DNA of 63,942 nt, the filler included, from Octopus bimaculoides (taxonomy: Eukaryota): NCBI RefSeq assembly GCF_001194135.2. It is 4 parts of 3 records of this genome, joined end to end, with 100 filler letters (N's around TTAATTAATTAA, not from the genome) between each part and the next. Parts side by side here need not be neighbours in the genome. Positions count along the whole stretch, not along the records: positions 19,629 to 41,783 come from NC_068985.1; 3 more parts are not named here. One strand, written 5' to 3'. This document shows, in pieces, positions 24,041-37,700 of this stretch. The translations under genes and the position numbers were made by a program. A model generated the notes under the pieces. The model searched no databases and was not told the origin of the DNA. It saw only the letters and a program-made list of their open reading frames with translations. The first letter of the stretch is position 1, and every line of letters starts with the position of its first letter.

Positions 24041-25182
24041 CCCCAGAGAGCTTCATATGAACAAGGAAAACGCGCTACATCATTAAGGTGCTTGGAGAGA
24101 GAAATTCAAAGTTTAAGAAATTTCCAGTTAGATTCATGTCACGCATTTTGGAAACATTCCCGTAATCGGCATAGCAGTTTATTCCAGTATTGTCCAATCC
24201 AACCAAGCCTGGCTCTATCAATAATAAAGCATTGTTGCTAATTAACAAGAATGGGATTTCCATGTGTATGTTCACTAAAAATAATACTTTTTTTTCTCTA
24301 AATTATTCTCATAAGAATTGTTTTTTCTACTTTCATTTTCAATTATAGATATCAGCAAAACGAAACTGAATAAAATAAATAGATAATATTAAGAGGAAAT
24401 AAAAAGTTAAAAATAAATTTTCTCATATGGAGGAAAATTGAAATGAAATAATGGGAATATACATTATCTTTTATTTTATTATTCTATATTTCAATAAATT
24501 TTATGCTTCCTCGTCTTTTATAAATAATTCAACCGCTTTAGATATTTCTAATCTTTTGCAGAGAACGGTAAATAAATGAAGAAATAGAAGAAATATGTAA
24601 CAAAAGAGCCATGTCATGACGTTAATAAAATATTATTCCCATGTCAAGTGCCACATATCCAAGCGCTGAATCAAGGTGGGTAGGGAATGATTTGAACTAT
24701 AATAAACCTAGAGCGTCTCCGATATTGTCGTGATTTCACTTGCAATAAGATAATTCTTTACATCTGATTGCCTCCATAAAAATATCGATCATCTTCTTAA
24801 CACTGGCTCTCAGAATGTTCCTAATAACGAGGTCCCACTGGTCGTAGTCTTTTATTCTTTTACAAGATTTCCTCCTTCCACAGAAATGTCTGAAAATATT
24901 GATCTTTTACCAATGCTATCTCACTGTACCATCACGCACAAAACACACACACATACACAAATACGCGCACACACACACACACACACACACACAAATATAT
25001 ACATGTACAAGGATATATATGCACATATACATGCACAAGCACAAATCCACGTAAAGTAAAAGCAGCCCATCACATGACTTTCCATTCAGACGATTGCCTG
25101 TGACCAATTTGAAAAGGGAAACATACGGGAATATGTTATTCAAGTCAATTCTTTATTCACATCTTATCTCTCCACAATCTGC

Positions 25183-25246
<64 letters not shown>

Positions 25247-25261
25247 GGGCATGTGCTTAAA

Positions 25262-25410
25262 GTTCAAGTGGTAGTTAATTAATCGAACCCGAAATGAGTG
25301 AAACTTAAAGTCAACCTCAGCAGCATTTGAACTCAGAACGTGTTGAAATGTAGCTAAGCATTTTGTACGGTGTACTAATGATTCTGCCAGTCTGTCACCT
25401 TCATATTAAA
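25262..25410 (-). mobile_element. SINE family A fragment
   Basis: TTTGAACTCAGAACG..GCTAAGCATTTT..GATTCTGCCAG is the reverse complement of the family A head. Confidence 0.7.
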
Positions 25411-26049
25411 TTTCTTCCACATGTCAAAGACCTAGTTTCTCTTGACACCAATTTACTGAACCTTATTTCCACGATTAAGTTTAGTAAGTACCTTTGCTGT
25501 AATCCTTTTCAATCTAAAGATATATATGACTATTTAAAAACTCTTATAATAAGTTTATATTCTCGGACAAAGCTAGCAATCTATACGAGGTAGATAAATA
25601 CATGCATAATACATCATTACCTAATAGCATTATGTATAAATTAAAAAAATATGATATAAATAATTAGAACTCTATTAACATGTTGGATAGCCAAGTGGGA
25701 AGTATTCATTTCACTAAATAATAGACCAAAGTAAAGCTAATGAACCCGACTGAGTTAGGTTTAGGAAGCCAAATGTTTTTAAGGAACATTAATAATAAAA
25801 TTATGAAATCGTCAAACCTATTGCCATGGACTTACAGCTCCTTGGTGATATGTTAATTTAAATCCATCTGCAGTAAAAATAAAGCGAACTTTCTACCCGT
25901 CGACATCTGAATCATTGTTGCGTAATGCATTGGAATTTACACGTTCGTTTAAAGCCATAGATGAGCATATAATGTTCATTATGTACGCACGTAAGATACT
26001 ATGACGGATCTACTTAGACCAAAAAGGATAACCAAAGTGAAATACTCGA

Positions 26050-28410
26050 TGTTCCAATGGGTTCGTATGATAGTGCACATAACGGTTGTTCAAGTTTTTA
26101 CCAAACTTGGTGTGCTGACTCAATGCAATGCCGGAATTGCTTATCTGAAATTTCAGCTTTCTAGTTGAAGTGGTTTCGGAGTTATAGACTTGTTTTTAAC
26201 TATAGTCACTAGGTGGCACGAGATCCAACTTCCGTAAACGCAAGGGAGATGTAAAATAAAAGTGTATTTATACATTCTTAAGGTTACTGAATTGAAATTG
26301 CTCTATGCAAATGTTCAAAACTAGGCTATACTAAGATAGAGGCCACTACAAGCATTCAATAACATACAAAATTGAAAACAATACCTATTTTAACTTTATA
26401 GGTTTAATTCCAATTTTAAATAACTCTTAAGAAAAAGGGTGCTGATAAAAGGGTGCTAGATAAAAATAAATCGAAGTTGAAGTTCCTCCTTTTTTTTTTC
26501 ATAAAGAACTTGAAGGCAGTTGATTGCCGTTCTGCGCTCTGATTTGTTCTGGGAATTTCCAGTTTCGATGGTTCTCAATTCCAATGCTTTTTTATGAACT
26601 TGCAAGCTACCACATAATTTCTGATAATCATGTGCATTGAACATTTTGGCAGTAAACCAAAAATCTTCCCAGCTGTAAGAGATGAATCGACAAACATTGA
26701 GAAGCAAAACTCTTTTCTCTGGTAGAAAAATAAATACCAAAAGAACTAGTATTGCTCGAGAATCTCATCGTGTATTACTTTATTAGGGTATTTTTTGAAA
26801 CTTTACAGTAGGAAATTTCCGATTTCTTCAAAGAAACGATAACTCTGGTCAAATGAAACAGAAATTTCATGTCATATCGCCATCCTGCTGATTCAGTAAT
26901 ACTTTCTTCACCATTGTTGAAATTAGACTGGAGTTTCTCGTAATTACTTAGAAGCTCTGAGATAAATTTATATTCAATACTGGGAGATGACTTTATCCAT
27001 TACAACACGAAGAACTCTATCAAGGATATAATGCTGACAACCAAAAAAATGGGGTTCTTTGAAACCCTTTTGAGCAAACTTTGCAACTGAGGGACAATGC
27101 CATTTCTTTTCCCAATATTCACACTCGTTGCATCAGTAAGAAACATCTTTACACCGTTCCGTATATTGTATTCATCTAAAGCAGCTGTTATTCCTTTTAC
27201 AACTGTATCGGCTTTTCCGTTTGGTAGTTGGATAGCTTCTAATTTAACTTCTTTTTGTTCATTCTTTAAAACTTGCACTTGGTAATCTTGGTCATCAATA
27301 CCTTTACCATCAAAATACAATGACCAGTTTTCTAAATGTAGTGTTTTCTGCATTTTCTTTTTTAATTTAACAGCTTCTTTGATAGTCGGTCTGTAAATAC
27401 CAGATTGGGAAGGAGTCTCGATATTAATTCCATCTTGTGATAATCGTTGACAAACTGTTGCTGCTTTTGGGGTTGATAACTTGGAAGATATTAATAACTT
27501 GGCTGGAGTTCCAGTTTTGCCATGCCATCTCCTTGTTTGTGTGGATTCTTCATCTGTTTTTTCGGACTCTTGATATTCACTTTCAGTCTCTGCTTTAGAC
27601 GTTGACGATGACACTGGAGTTGCTCTAGTTGATATTGGCATTGAGGACACTTTTCTTCTTTTAGATGGATGGGTACTTTTGGAAATGGTTGCCTTTCCAG
27701 TTCCATACCAAAACTGTCCCTTGCTTTGAATTTGAAGATAATACAAACTTCTATCCTCACTGCATAGCCATTCACCGTTTTCCTTTTTAATGTCAAAAAA
27801 TCCTCTTTTTACACATCTATCGTAGGTATTAAACACTTATCTACTTTTCCTTGCACATTTTGAAGTGATAAATATGGAAATTTTAATTTATTTTGCCATA
27901 GGAAAAGTTATTTCTTTCGAAATTTCCTTAGTTCTTTCTCTCTTTCCTCTGATGGTACTTCCAAGGAACTGGTAGCGACCACAGATATGAAGTGTCATTG
28001 GTACCCTGCAGCTGTTTTCCAAAGAATACTCTTCTAGAGGAAGAGGTCTTCTTTTCCTGTATGAGTCTTGAAATTGCACGAGATTCTTCGTCCAGATATT
28101 TTTGTTTCATTGAGTGACACGTACTTTCTTATGAGACACTATTTTAGATAATGTAGTTGGATAAGCCTACTATTCTGAAAAACAGTTAATATAGTCTGAG
28201 ATTTTAGCGTCACAGAAATAAAAACGATAGGAAGAGAATATTTCCTGAAGTAGGGCCTAAATCGTAACAAATTAAAAACTCTATAACTCCTAAACTACTT
28301 AAAGCTGGAAGCTGAAATTTAAGGTATACTGTTTCTGCATTACATTACATCAGCACACCAAATTTCTTAAACACTTGAATAGGCATTATGAACCCCCGCC
28401 CCCTAGTTAT
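26050..28410 (-). mobile_element. Decayed DDE DNA transposon, hAT/P-like motif set, with ~110-bp subterminal inverted repeats
   Basis: Minus-strand YFDGK (~27310), TDATSVNIG (~27133), GCQHYILDR (~27035), NTR*DSRAI (~26765), PRTNQSAER (~26531); inverted repeats at ~26097-26200 and ~28274-28380. Ends approximate. Confidence 0.75.
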
Positions 28411-28462
28411 TTGTAAGATTTAGGTCAACGTTTGTGTCAGATTTCTTCAGTTAAGGGTATTG

Positions 28463-28495
<33 letters not shown>

Positions 28496-28844
28496 ACCTT
28501 AAAGTAAGGTTATTTTCCCTACTGATATAGAATTGTCCATCGACTTTTCGTGGAGGGAATTTTTTACTTCTCCAAAAATAGAAGAGTTATAATTCATTTC
28601 CAGTACTATTTATTCTATCGTTCAATTTGGCCGATGTACTGTCTGGGTATAGAGCTATACAAAGATAGATATGCACTTTATATTACACACTTACATACAC
28701 ACACACATATGTATATACATGCATAAATGTATATGTATACACACACATATACATTGTATATGTGTATACAATGTATATGTATACACGCATATATATATAT
28801 ATATATAATATAATATAATATCATATATAAGCTCCCATAAATAC

Positions 28845-28880
<36 letters not shown>

Positions 28881-28881
<1 letters not shown>

Positions 28882-29313
28882 GCTCCAATAAATACCAAAA
28901 ATAACATTTTGGATTTATGGACGGCGAAAGTTGGGAAAAAAATGACAGTGAGAGAGAGACAGATAGAAAACGCTGGAGGGGAGTAAAAGGGAATTAGAGA
29001 AGGCTGAGGAGCTCTCTCCCCCTCTTTCTCTTTTCTCTTTCTCGTTTCTCACATGTGACCATCGTTCATCTTGCTTTTCCTCACATGAGCATCTTTCTTT
29101 TCCTCCAACACGTCCTAAGAACTGAACGTCTTTATCTCTCTCGTCTATCTTTTCTCTTTTCGAAGAAAATATTTTTCCCGCGTCCGCTATTTTATCCTCG
29201 TTCTGGTCTAACGACCAACCATGTTTGTTTTCGGTTTCCTCCAATGTTCTGTTTTTGTTCGCAACTTTGACCCTCAATAAATCCAAAATTTTATTTTGGT
29301 ATTTATGGGAGCA
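28881..29313. mobile_element. MITE-like element with ~55-bp imperfect TIRs
   Basis: TGCTCCAATAAATACCAAAAATAACATTTTGGATTTAT..AAAGTTG pairs with CAACTTT..ATAAATCCAAAATTTTATTTTGGTATTTATGGGAGCA. Confidence 0.7.
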
Positions 29314-30040
29314 ACTGTCTTCGAAGACTCATATTGTCGTTCAATGCTCGAAATGAGGAGTAGATAGAGAGCCCGCAACTAATGAAGGGTCGTTCTTTGT
29401 GCTACTTGTCTTGCTTTCCATTTTTCACTCGTTGTTTGCGTAATTAACTCATTTGTTTTCCTATTCCATGTTGTTTACTGTTGGTGACGTCATATACCCA
29501 TATATGCATACATATATTATTTATATTATTATTTAATTGAACACCATGCATCCATTTACACACAAACACACGCACACACACACATATATATATATATATA
29601 GTAAACTAGAAGAGGTATACCAAGGGCCGATGAAAGAGTCTAAATCAGCTTATGTATGTGTGTGTGTGAGTGTTTGCATGTGTGTGTTTGTGAGTGTATA
29701 TCAACTTCTATACGTAAAATAATATGTTTAATGTGAAATTCCTGTAACGATTGCGCAATGATATACAGTAACTTGGTCGGCGTTAGTTGAATCAAACCTA
29801 AACACGTTTTCTGATGAATATGTTTCTACATAACTTTCAGAAATATGGATACTCGAAAAGAAAAGAAAGTTTTCTACAAATTCATTTCAAATGGTATAGA
29901 TACTGTTAAGATTCCGATTATATTAGAATTTGTCCCGATTATAAACTTAGCAAAAAGAAAATGTGAAGAGTGTCAGTATATATGTGTGTTATCACACCAA
30001 TTTTTATTTGCATACATACATACATACATACATACATACA

Positions 30041-30071
<31 letters not shown>

Positions 30072-30192
30072 CTGTGTAACTCGTGGATTATAAAACGAAA
30101 ATGTACATAATATATTTACATATTTTATAAACACCGAATTTTACCTTTGAAGAAAAATTATTTCAGGATCTCAAGAAATTTCTAAATTCTTA

Positions 30193-30260
<68 letters not shown>

Positions 30261-30656
30261 TACATACATATATCCGGAAAGTTATTTCAAGACATATTTC
30301 AAATATTAACATGAATAGAGTCTATTGAGTCTATTCATGTGAGGAGAAAAATTCAGTCTACTTCTTAAAATCCAACTAAATCTGTGACGGGCTTCTATAA
30401 AGATTCTGGCCATTAAATCTCATTTATTTTGAGTGAGAGTATATGAAAAATACTTTTGTAAATTGTCGTGCTGTAGAATCGTAGTAGAAATTGCGTGGTT
30501 GCGACAAGAACGTCTTAACTGCAGAAATATGCCTACACAAATCGCTCCCATAATTTATTCATCCATTGATGTTGTACTAGTAAAGTTAGGCAGAGAGTGA
30601 TTTTGTTTGCTCTAGCCAATGTTTTATTGTTTTCTTTTGTTTCACTAACCATCATT

Positions 30657-30744
30657 ATGTGGACCGGTGAACATTGTGCGTTTGCCCTTGAAATGTTTAC
30701 CAAGAATAGCAAATTTGAGGTTTTTGTGGTTTTGCCGCACCCCG
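30657..30744 (+). mobile_element. Tc1/mariner-like remnant (N-terminal start plus TIR-like end)
   Basis: MWTGEHCAFALEMFTKN resembles the start of HTH-bearing Tc1/mariner-like transposases; TTTGCCGCACCCCG-TA is a TIR-like end. Confidence 0.4.
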
Positions 30745-30841
30745 TACATAGTCATGAGGTTAATTACAATTCATGTCAGTCTCTCTGGTAGCACATTCAT
30801 TTTGGCCTTAATCTGAACACTAACGTTTTATATTGCTGCTA

Positions 30842-30842
<1 letters not shown>

Positions 30843-30878
<36 letters not shown>

Positions 30879-30884
30879 CTTCTT

Positions 30885-30968
<84 letters not shown>
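30843..30968. repeat. Compound trinucleotide repeat (GTT)n(CTT)n(ATT)n
   Basis: Directly visible. Confidence 0.95.
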
Positions 30969-31609
30969 GAAAATATACGACTATTAAAAGACGATTACCC
31001 CAGTTCTGTTATAATGAAAGAAATCTTCGACATTTTAATTTTCATCTAATTTATTTGCCGAATCGGAAAAGAGGCAAAGTATGCTTAACATTATTTTTTG
31101 TTCAGCTGAAAATCGATTCGACTAGAAATAATAATACGGAAAACGATATTTGCTAAACATTTTCTACGGTGTCTAAAGCGTCCATTCCTTTTTTTATATT
31201 TTATGGAGTAACGACGAAGAATATTCTAAGGATCATTAACTTCTAAAGAAAATTAAAAACTCTTGACTCTTCGCATCTGCATTCTTGATTAATATAGCAT
31301 AAATTAAGATCGGTTTTGTTACCAGATAAATTAAGCATCTACTTTTATTTTGACCAATGCCATAGCGTATTCATTAACTTGACCGTTATATCGGTAATAG
31401 TGGTGTTATAATTGTATAAGAATTGCTCACTTCTGGCTTAGAAATTACACAAACATAAAGAATGTGACTATACTTCATCAAACAAGTTCCCTAGCATAAT
31501 CTAAATTTTAGCTAGGGTAAACTGACCATGCATATTCGAGTGTCTCTTTCTAAGACATATTATTTATTCATTAAAATGTTTAGTATTAAACAACCATAAA
31601 TGTTCTGAG

Positions 31610-31760
31610 AGGGCAGTGAGCCAGCAAAATTGTTAGCATGCCGGACAAAAAACTGGTTACTCACTTTTTGAATTCAAATCCAGCTGAGGTCAAATTTGCT
31701 TTTCTCTGGGTCGAGAAAATATGGTAGGAGTCAAGTATTGTAGTCCACGAAAATGATTTG
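31610..31760 (+). mobile_element. SINE family A fragment
   Basis: GGCAGTGAGCCAGCAAAATTGTTAGCATGCCGG..TTCAAATCC..GGGTCGAGAAAA. Confidence 0.65.
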
Positions 31761-32516
31761 TTCTTTTCTGTAGTGCTGCAACCAATCGGCATTCTGTTTA
31801 CGGGTGAATGTTATGATCTCAGTCACTTACATGGTATGCAACTCGGGTAATAAGATTGATGGATACTAAAGCTGGAGAAAAATTATTTCGAACTCCTCAC
31901 CAATTAAAACAAGATAAAATTTATCACCCATTAAAATATTAAGGATTCCTCTTTCACTAAACTAATGTGATATTATTTAGAAATATAAAATTAAACTTCT
32001 AAATTGCATCGAAATGTACAAACTTTTCCTCCATTATTTAATGCAAAACTTGCTTTAAGTGTACGGGCAGAAGTTGGTAATTCATGGTTTCTAATTTAGA
32101 AAGAAAGCCAATAATATTGATTGTCGAGTGTTAATTGATGCTATTATTTCCAATACTTGACTGATAGTATATTTTATCAAGCTGGGAAGGACGAAAGGCA
32201 AATTTAACCACGGTTGTATTTAACTTCAGAACATAAAGAAGCAGAAAAAATATAGGAATACATTTAATCGACATAAAAAATAACGCCAGTTTAGTTCTGG
32301 CAATGACGAAACATCACTGTCTGTCACTCCTCGAAGGTACTATTTGAGTTGTCTCGCTTCATTAAGACTTACTCTGATGTGTTTTTACACCCGTGCATAG
32401 AGAATATACTCCCTTAAGCTTAAAAACCGTAACCGACCCACGAACTAGCAAAACAAAAGTCTTATGAATGTGTGTGCAATTTTGTTTATATACCTCGAAC
32501 TGCTTTTAATTCATAT

Positions 32517-32581
<65 letters not shown>

Positions 32582-34199
32582 TATAGACACACATATATGT
32601 GTGTATGTATGAATGTATGCATGCATGTATACATATACGTATATAAGTGCATTCATGTGTTATGTATGTGTCTCTGCATAGATAGATAGGTATGTATACA
32701 TGTGTGTGTATGCATACATACTCACATATATACTTACTTATATATATACATACCTACCTACCTACCTACATAAATTACATATACATGCATACATACATAC
32801 ATACATGCATACATACATACATGCATACATACATACATGCATACATAACGCTGCATCAATTATTCAGTCGCTCTGGGAGAAACATTGCGAATCATTGCTC
32901 ATTGCCAGTACCATATGCTAGCATTTGCAGTCAAGTATTTACTCATGCATCAAAGCCGTTATTTTAATTACATCTAAATATGGCAGCCCCAGTGCTATAT
33001 CACGACGTTTAATTAATTTCAATAACTGACAATCCTTGAATTTCGATTCCTTTCCTTCTGATGGCTGTTATCAGAATCAGAATATTTATCGTCTCCTAAA
33101 TTACGGTTGCATCTCTCTGTTATAACAAGAACAGCTGATTTCAAATGAAGTATTGAATATATGTAATTGTTTCTCTTTAACTATTAATTACACAACGGCA
33201 ATATAAATGTTAAATGCATAAATAGCATAGTGTTGGGTATTCTGAGACGGCGGGTCATACAACGTGTCATGACTCTTTTAATTCTAGCAATGTCCATCTT
33301 TCATTAAGTCTGAAAACAAACGATTACTTCCAGAGAAAAATGTGTGAGAAAGAGTGAGATACTTCATTACTTGACTGATATTCTATTTATCGATTGCACA
33401 ATAATGAAAAACAGAGTTAGCCTCAGTGGAAATTGAACTGACGACACAAGGAATTCAAACGAATACCGCAAATCATTCTAACTTATTATTGACCACCGAA
33501 CGCGTAATATAGTATTTATTAAGTATGTTAGTGTCGTAAACGTTGTGTTCTTACACAAGTAGTATAATAACATACGGGAGTATTGTAGAGGAGAAATTCT
33601 ATATATTGTTTTTGCTGTTGTTTTATCTGAAATGTAGATCATACTACCTTATGCAAGCATAAAGCTAAAGGCCACAACCGTCTGGATGAATTTTTTTACG
33701 ATACATGAAGGTTCGGAAATGGCTTCATAGTTAAGAAACTTGTTTCACATTCACTTGGTTTCTGACTGGGGTCGCTGCACAGCACCTGGGTTAAGTTTCT
33801 TCGATTATAAACTCAGGGCGCTCAATTCTGTGTAAACAAATATACAATATTCATTTATACAGAATTGGGCGAGCCTAACTCTGCGCAGGCCCGGTATAAT
33901 AAAAACGATTTTACGTTAATATATGTTACTCTGTACTTTTGTACAATACAAATTTATTATTCTTAGACGAGAATATTATTCATAGTGACTTCAAAGTTTT
34001 TGCCACTTAAGCTGTCGTCGGACTGCGATGCATTGACGTTAACATTGGATTTATATAGTCTGTGATGAGTTAAAATCTTCCTATTAACACATCTACCTAC
34101 GCACCAAAATAGAGAACCTAAATAGTTACACCTACTCATAAAGTTTCACATGCATATGAACAATAACATGCATGTGAATAATAACATAACCCCAAATTT

Positions 34200-34590
34200 A
34201 ATCAATGACAATCTATCCAAAACACCTCTCCATAACAACCCAACTTAAAACATAATCAGTACGTCACTCAAACCCACGTACCTAAGGAAGATTTTTCTTT
34301 CCACAGAGACTATATAAAACCAAAGTCGACTTCATTGCATCGTAGCGTAACGATGGCTAAACTTGTCAAAACTTCGAAATCACTGTCAATAATATTCTTG
34401 TTTAAGAATAATACTTATATACATAGATACATACATTTATTCTATTTATTTCCTATTATTCTTTTCTGTCGAAGAACGTAGGCCCCAGAGGTAAAAGAGT
34501 TTTCCATTTTCCCGACCGTTACACTAATATATTTGTTTGTTGTTCCTACGCCTGTCTTCGTTTTTTTCTTTTTCTATAAATTTGAACTAT
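34200..34590 (+). mobile_element. Penelope-like terminal (pLTR-type) repeat with degenerate hammerhead-like motif
   Basis: TCTTTT-CTGTCGA-AGAACGTAGGCCCCAGAGGT-AAAAGA at 34460-34498; ends TTTGAACTATAT next to a microsatellite. Confidence 0.45.
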
Positions 34591-34999
34591 ATGTGTGTGT
34601 GTATGTGTGTGTGTGTCTCTCTGTCTGTGTGTATGTGTGTGTATTTGTATGTATAGGTGAGTTCAATTAGAGGTTATAAAAACTGTCTAAGGGATATTTG
34701 TATTCAATGAATTCCTGGTGTATTACCTATATGTGATTATGAGTATTAATATTAGTGCTCATAAATGATAGATAAGAAAAGGAATAAACCGAAGTTTATC
34801 TTTATTTAGGGAATAATGAGAAAATGGCGATAAAATTGATAGTTGATAAACATCAAATATTATTTATTTATTACAACAAAAGACAATATCTCATCTTACA
34901 TCTGTTTCTGTTCGTGCTATTTTGGACATAATCAGTATTTAGAGAATAAATGTTGACGTATGTAGAAAGAAATACAACTCAACTTGAATTATATTTAAA

Positions 35000-35230
35000 T
35001 ATAACTTACCTGGACTGAGTAAATTAATTTGGAAACTTAAGAATCAAAATATCAGCTTTGATTTAGAATGGGATATACTTGCTTCAGTACCTTGTTATGG
35101 CGTAAGAAATTAAAAAAACACTTTCTTCTGTGTATAAACGAAAAATTCTTTATCTTAATGGATAGGCTCTCCTTGATCAACCTGAGAGAGGAACGGTACA
35201 ATTTTTGTAAACATGTATTCTCTAAATATA
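35000..35230 (+). mobile_element. Penelope-like GIY-YIG C-terminal fragment
   Basis: LSKLIWKLKNQNISFDLEWDIL..LCINEKFFIL..LIN..CKH. Confidence 0.6.
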
Positions 35231-35999
35231 ATCGAAACTATTTAATAATTACCCCTTCTCTCTCACATTAGTATTCATAAATTTTACCCCTAACCATAGA
35301 TAATTATTACCTTAATTAGTTTCTACCCACCATTGTTACAATTCAGTATTTACTTAACTTGAAACAGATACACCAATCTCCCCTTCCAGTCAAATATTTT
35401 ACTTTTAGCACATTCCTCCACACAGATATTCACTCTTCTTACATAAAAGCATAAATAACCACTCTTTACTCTGTTAGTACGCATCAGTATCTATATGACT
35501 ATTTGTGTATACGTAAATATACATCCATGTATGCCAACTGAAAAACTATATAACCATATAAGCATATGTAAAATTATATGCTTATATAACCATATAAGCA
35601 TATTGATATTTTCGGTAATAATCTTGATTTATGTTATGTAGATGTGTCGGACATTAAATTACACCAATTTTGTTACGTTTATGCCTTTTGTAGAATTGTA
35701 CAATAAGCCTTGGCTGCTCCTATTATCACGTGTCCAGTTTAATTAATCTATTTTTACGGGTTTGAAAGGCTCCTCATTTAATCTAATTATGCTAATCGAT
35801 TAGGAAATTATCGATAAATAAATTATGGTTAACCGATATCATTTTAAGTTCTCTACATTCCAGATATTTTTACATTTTAATTTTTACTTTATAACCTAAC
35901 CAAAATCGCCCTTCAGTTATAATATATTGTAGTTTTCAATATCTATAACTATAGCACTTCTCTTATCTGTTTCCTTAATTATAATGTCGTTATTGATAA

Positions 36000-37400
36000 C
36001 TTGTCTTTTCCAACAAGATCGTCGAGATGAAGACTTACACTAAAGAAACGCCTGAAGAAGGTGGAAAGACGAAAGGAACGGCAGTTGTCCAAACCCTGAA
36101 CCATTTATGTAAAACTACAAAAACAGTGATGTTCCAGAAGCCAGAACATAGTCCAAAAACTGAACAAGACGATAACAGCAACTCACAACCTTTGCAATCG
36201 GAAATACTATTAAACATATATGAAACTAAAACTTCACAGCCCGTAAATTTGCCTTTTGGAAGTTCATTAAAAATATGGCAAAGCGGATGTATATGAAAGG
36301 TGGCTCAATTTAACACCGATTATCCTCCCAGAGAAACTACAGATAAAACATATCGCTAATGAACATGAACAACAACAAAAACTTACAAAAAAGTTGGCTC
36401 TCGACAAATTCAGAATGGAAACGCAGCTATTACGGCGAAGAGCAAATTCTAACGAATGAAAATTTTAAGTAATTCATCCACAAATGCAAACAAAATTTCA
36501 AAAACATCCAAGAAAGGCCAAATAAACAATATTAAACTTTGGAGAGAAAAATGTGAAAACGATGAATTAACATCACTTCAACGGTGGGAGAGAAGTGCTC
36601 TTTGGTTCTCCAATTATGAATCTTATTTCAAAATCGAGTACTCTAATCGAAAACCCATTCATTCCTCAAGAAAAGTAGTATACAGAAACACCATTCGCAA
36701 CTGATTAATTAAACTCCTAAATATGGACATTATAGTCACCAATTCCATAAGAAAGACTACTTCGACAATAAAATAATCCAACTAAAAGAATAGAAATTTT
36801 CCCTTCCACTCGACTGAACTTTCTCCAAAACCGAAGACATATACATCGGATAAAACATATCAACTCGAACGCCAATTATAGAAAGAAACAACCGCAGTCT
36901 AGAACAACAAACGTACAAAATCAATACAAAAATGGACAAGTTAACAGAGAAAATGTCCTCGGATATATAAATAGTAGTAAAAGGAAAACTTTGAAAAATC
37001 AGTTTTTAGATCCAACCAATAGTGTTCTCGATACGAGGTGGTACAGACTGTAGCTGAGAAACCGAAGATAATTAATCTATCCACAAAACTCTCTCAGTAG
37101 AAGAAATTAATATTTTGTCATAAGGCCTAAATTTTACCCCAACACCACAGGACCCTAACTCTAATGAAATACAGAACGATATTTTACAGTTCTGTAAAAA
37201 GGTACGCATAACAGAGGAATCTACGATAAAGAAAACAGGGACGAATCAATTGTAAGAAACAAGAGCAATTATAATGCTACTAAGATTAAGAATAAAACTT
37301 TAGACAGATTTTGTGATTTTATATCTACCTTTCCCTACAAAGAATTTCCACACCCTAAAATCAAGCCCAGTCGAAAGGAATGGGATATTATATATTCGAA
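36000..37400 (+). mobile_element. Penelope-like element 5' region
   Basis: INLS..LSVEEINILS*GLNFTPTP..IQNDILQFCKKVRITE (37070-37220) matches the conserved PLE pre-RT region; upstream coding-like decayed sequence. Confidence 0.6.
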
Positions 37401-37409
37401 GTTGGAACC

Positions 37410-37600
37410 ATGTAATAACTTCACCAGTGTGGGATCATAAGTCAATCTGTCCTTGACAATAGGTACTATTTTGTCCCTTATGTTTTTGCTTACCTTTCCT
37501 AGGTCGGATTTGGTGGGGCATATTATGCGTATTGAAGGTTTAGTAATATAGTCCTTCTTGTGATCCTCTGGAAACAGATGTAAGACCTATTTATTAATGT
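37410..37600 (-). mobile_element. Penelope-like RT fragment, inverted relative to the neighbouring element
   Basis: HKKDYITKPSIRIICPTKSDLGKVSKNI (cf. HK..F...P..RLINPAKSEIGKISK). Confidence 0.6.
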
Positions 37601-37667
37601 TCTATATCATACACAGCCTTGGTTCTTTATCTCATTACGATATCCTTATATATANNNNNNNNNNGAG

Positions 37668-37700
<33 letters not shown>

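Noticed and set aside
29750-29759. Perfect C/EBP palindrome ATTGCGCAAT
   Set aside because: A single 10-mer with no supporting context; compatible with chance.
29810-29845. CTGATGA..GAAA hammerhead-like words (also 7955, 41648, 60040-60120)
   Set aside because: Helix I/III pairing or core spacing cannot be built.
30311-30342. 11-bp hairpin ACATGAATAGA..TCTATTCATGT
   Set aside because: Probably a local slippage or inversion in a decayed transposon end; no functional context.
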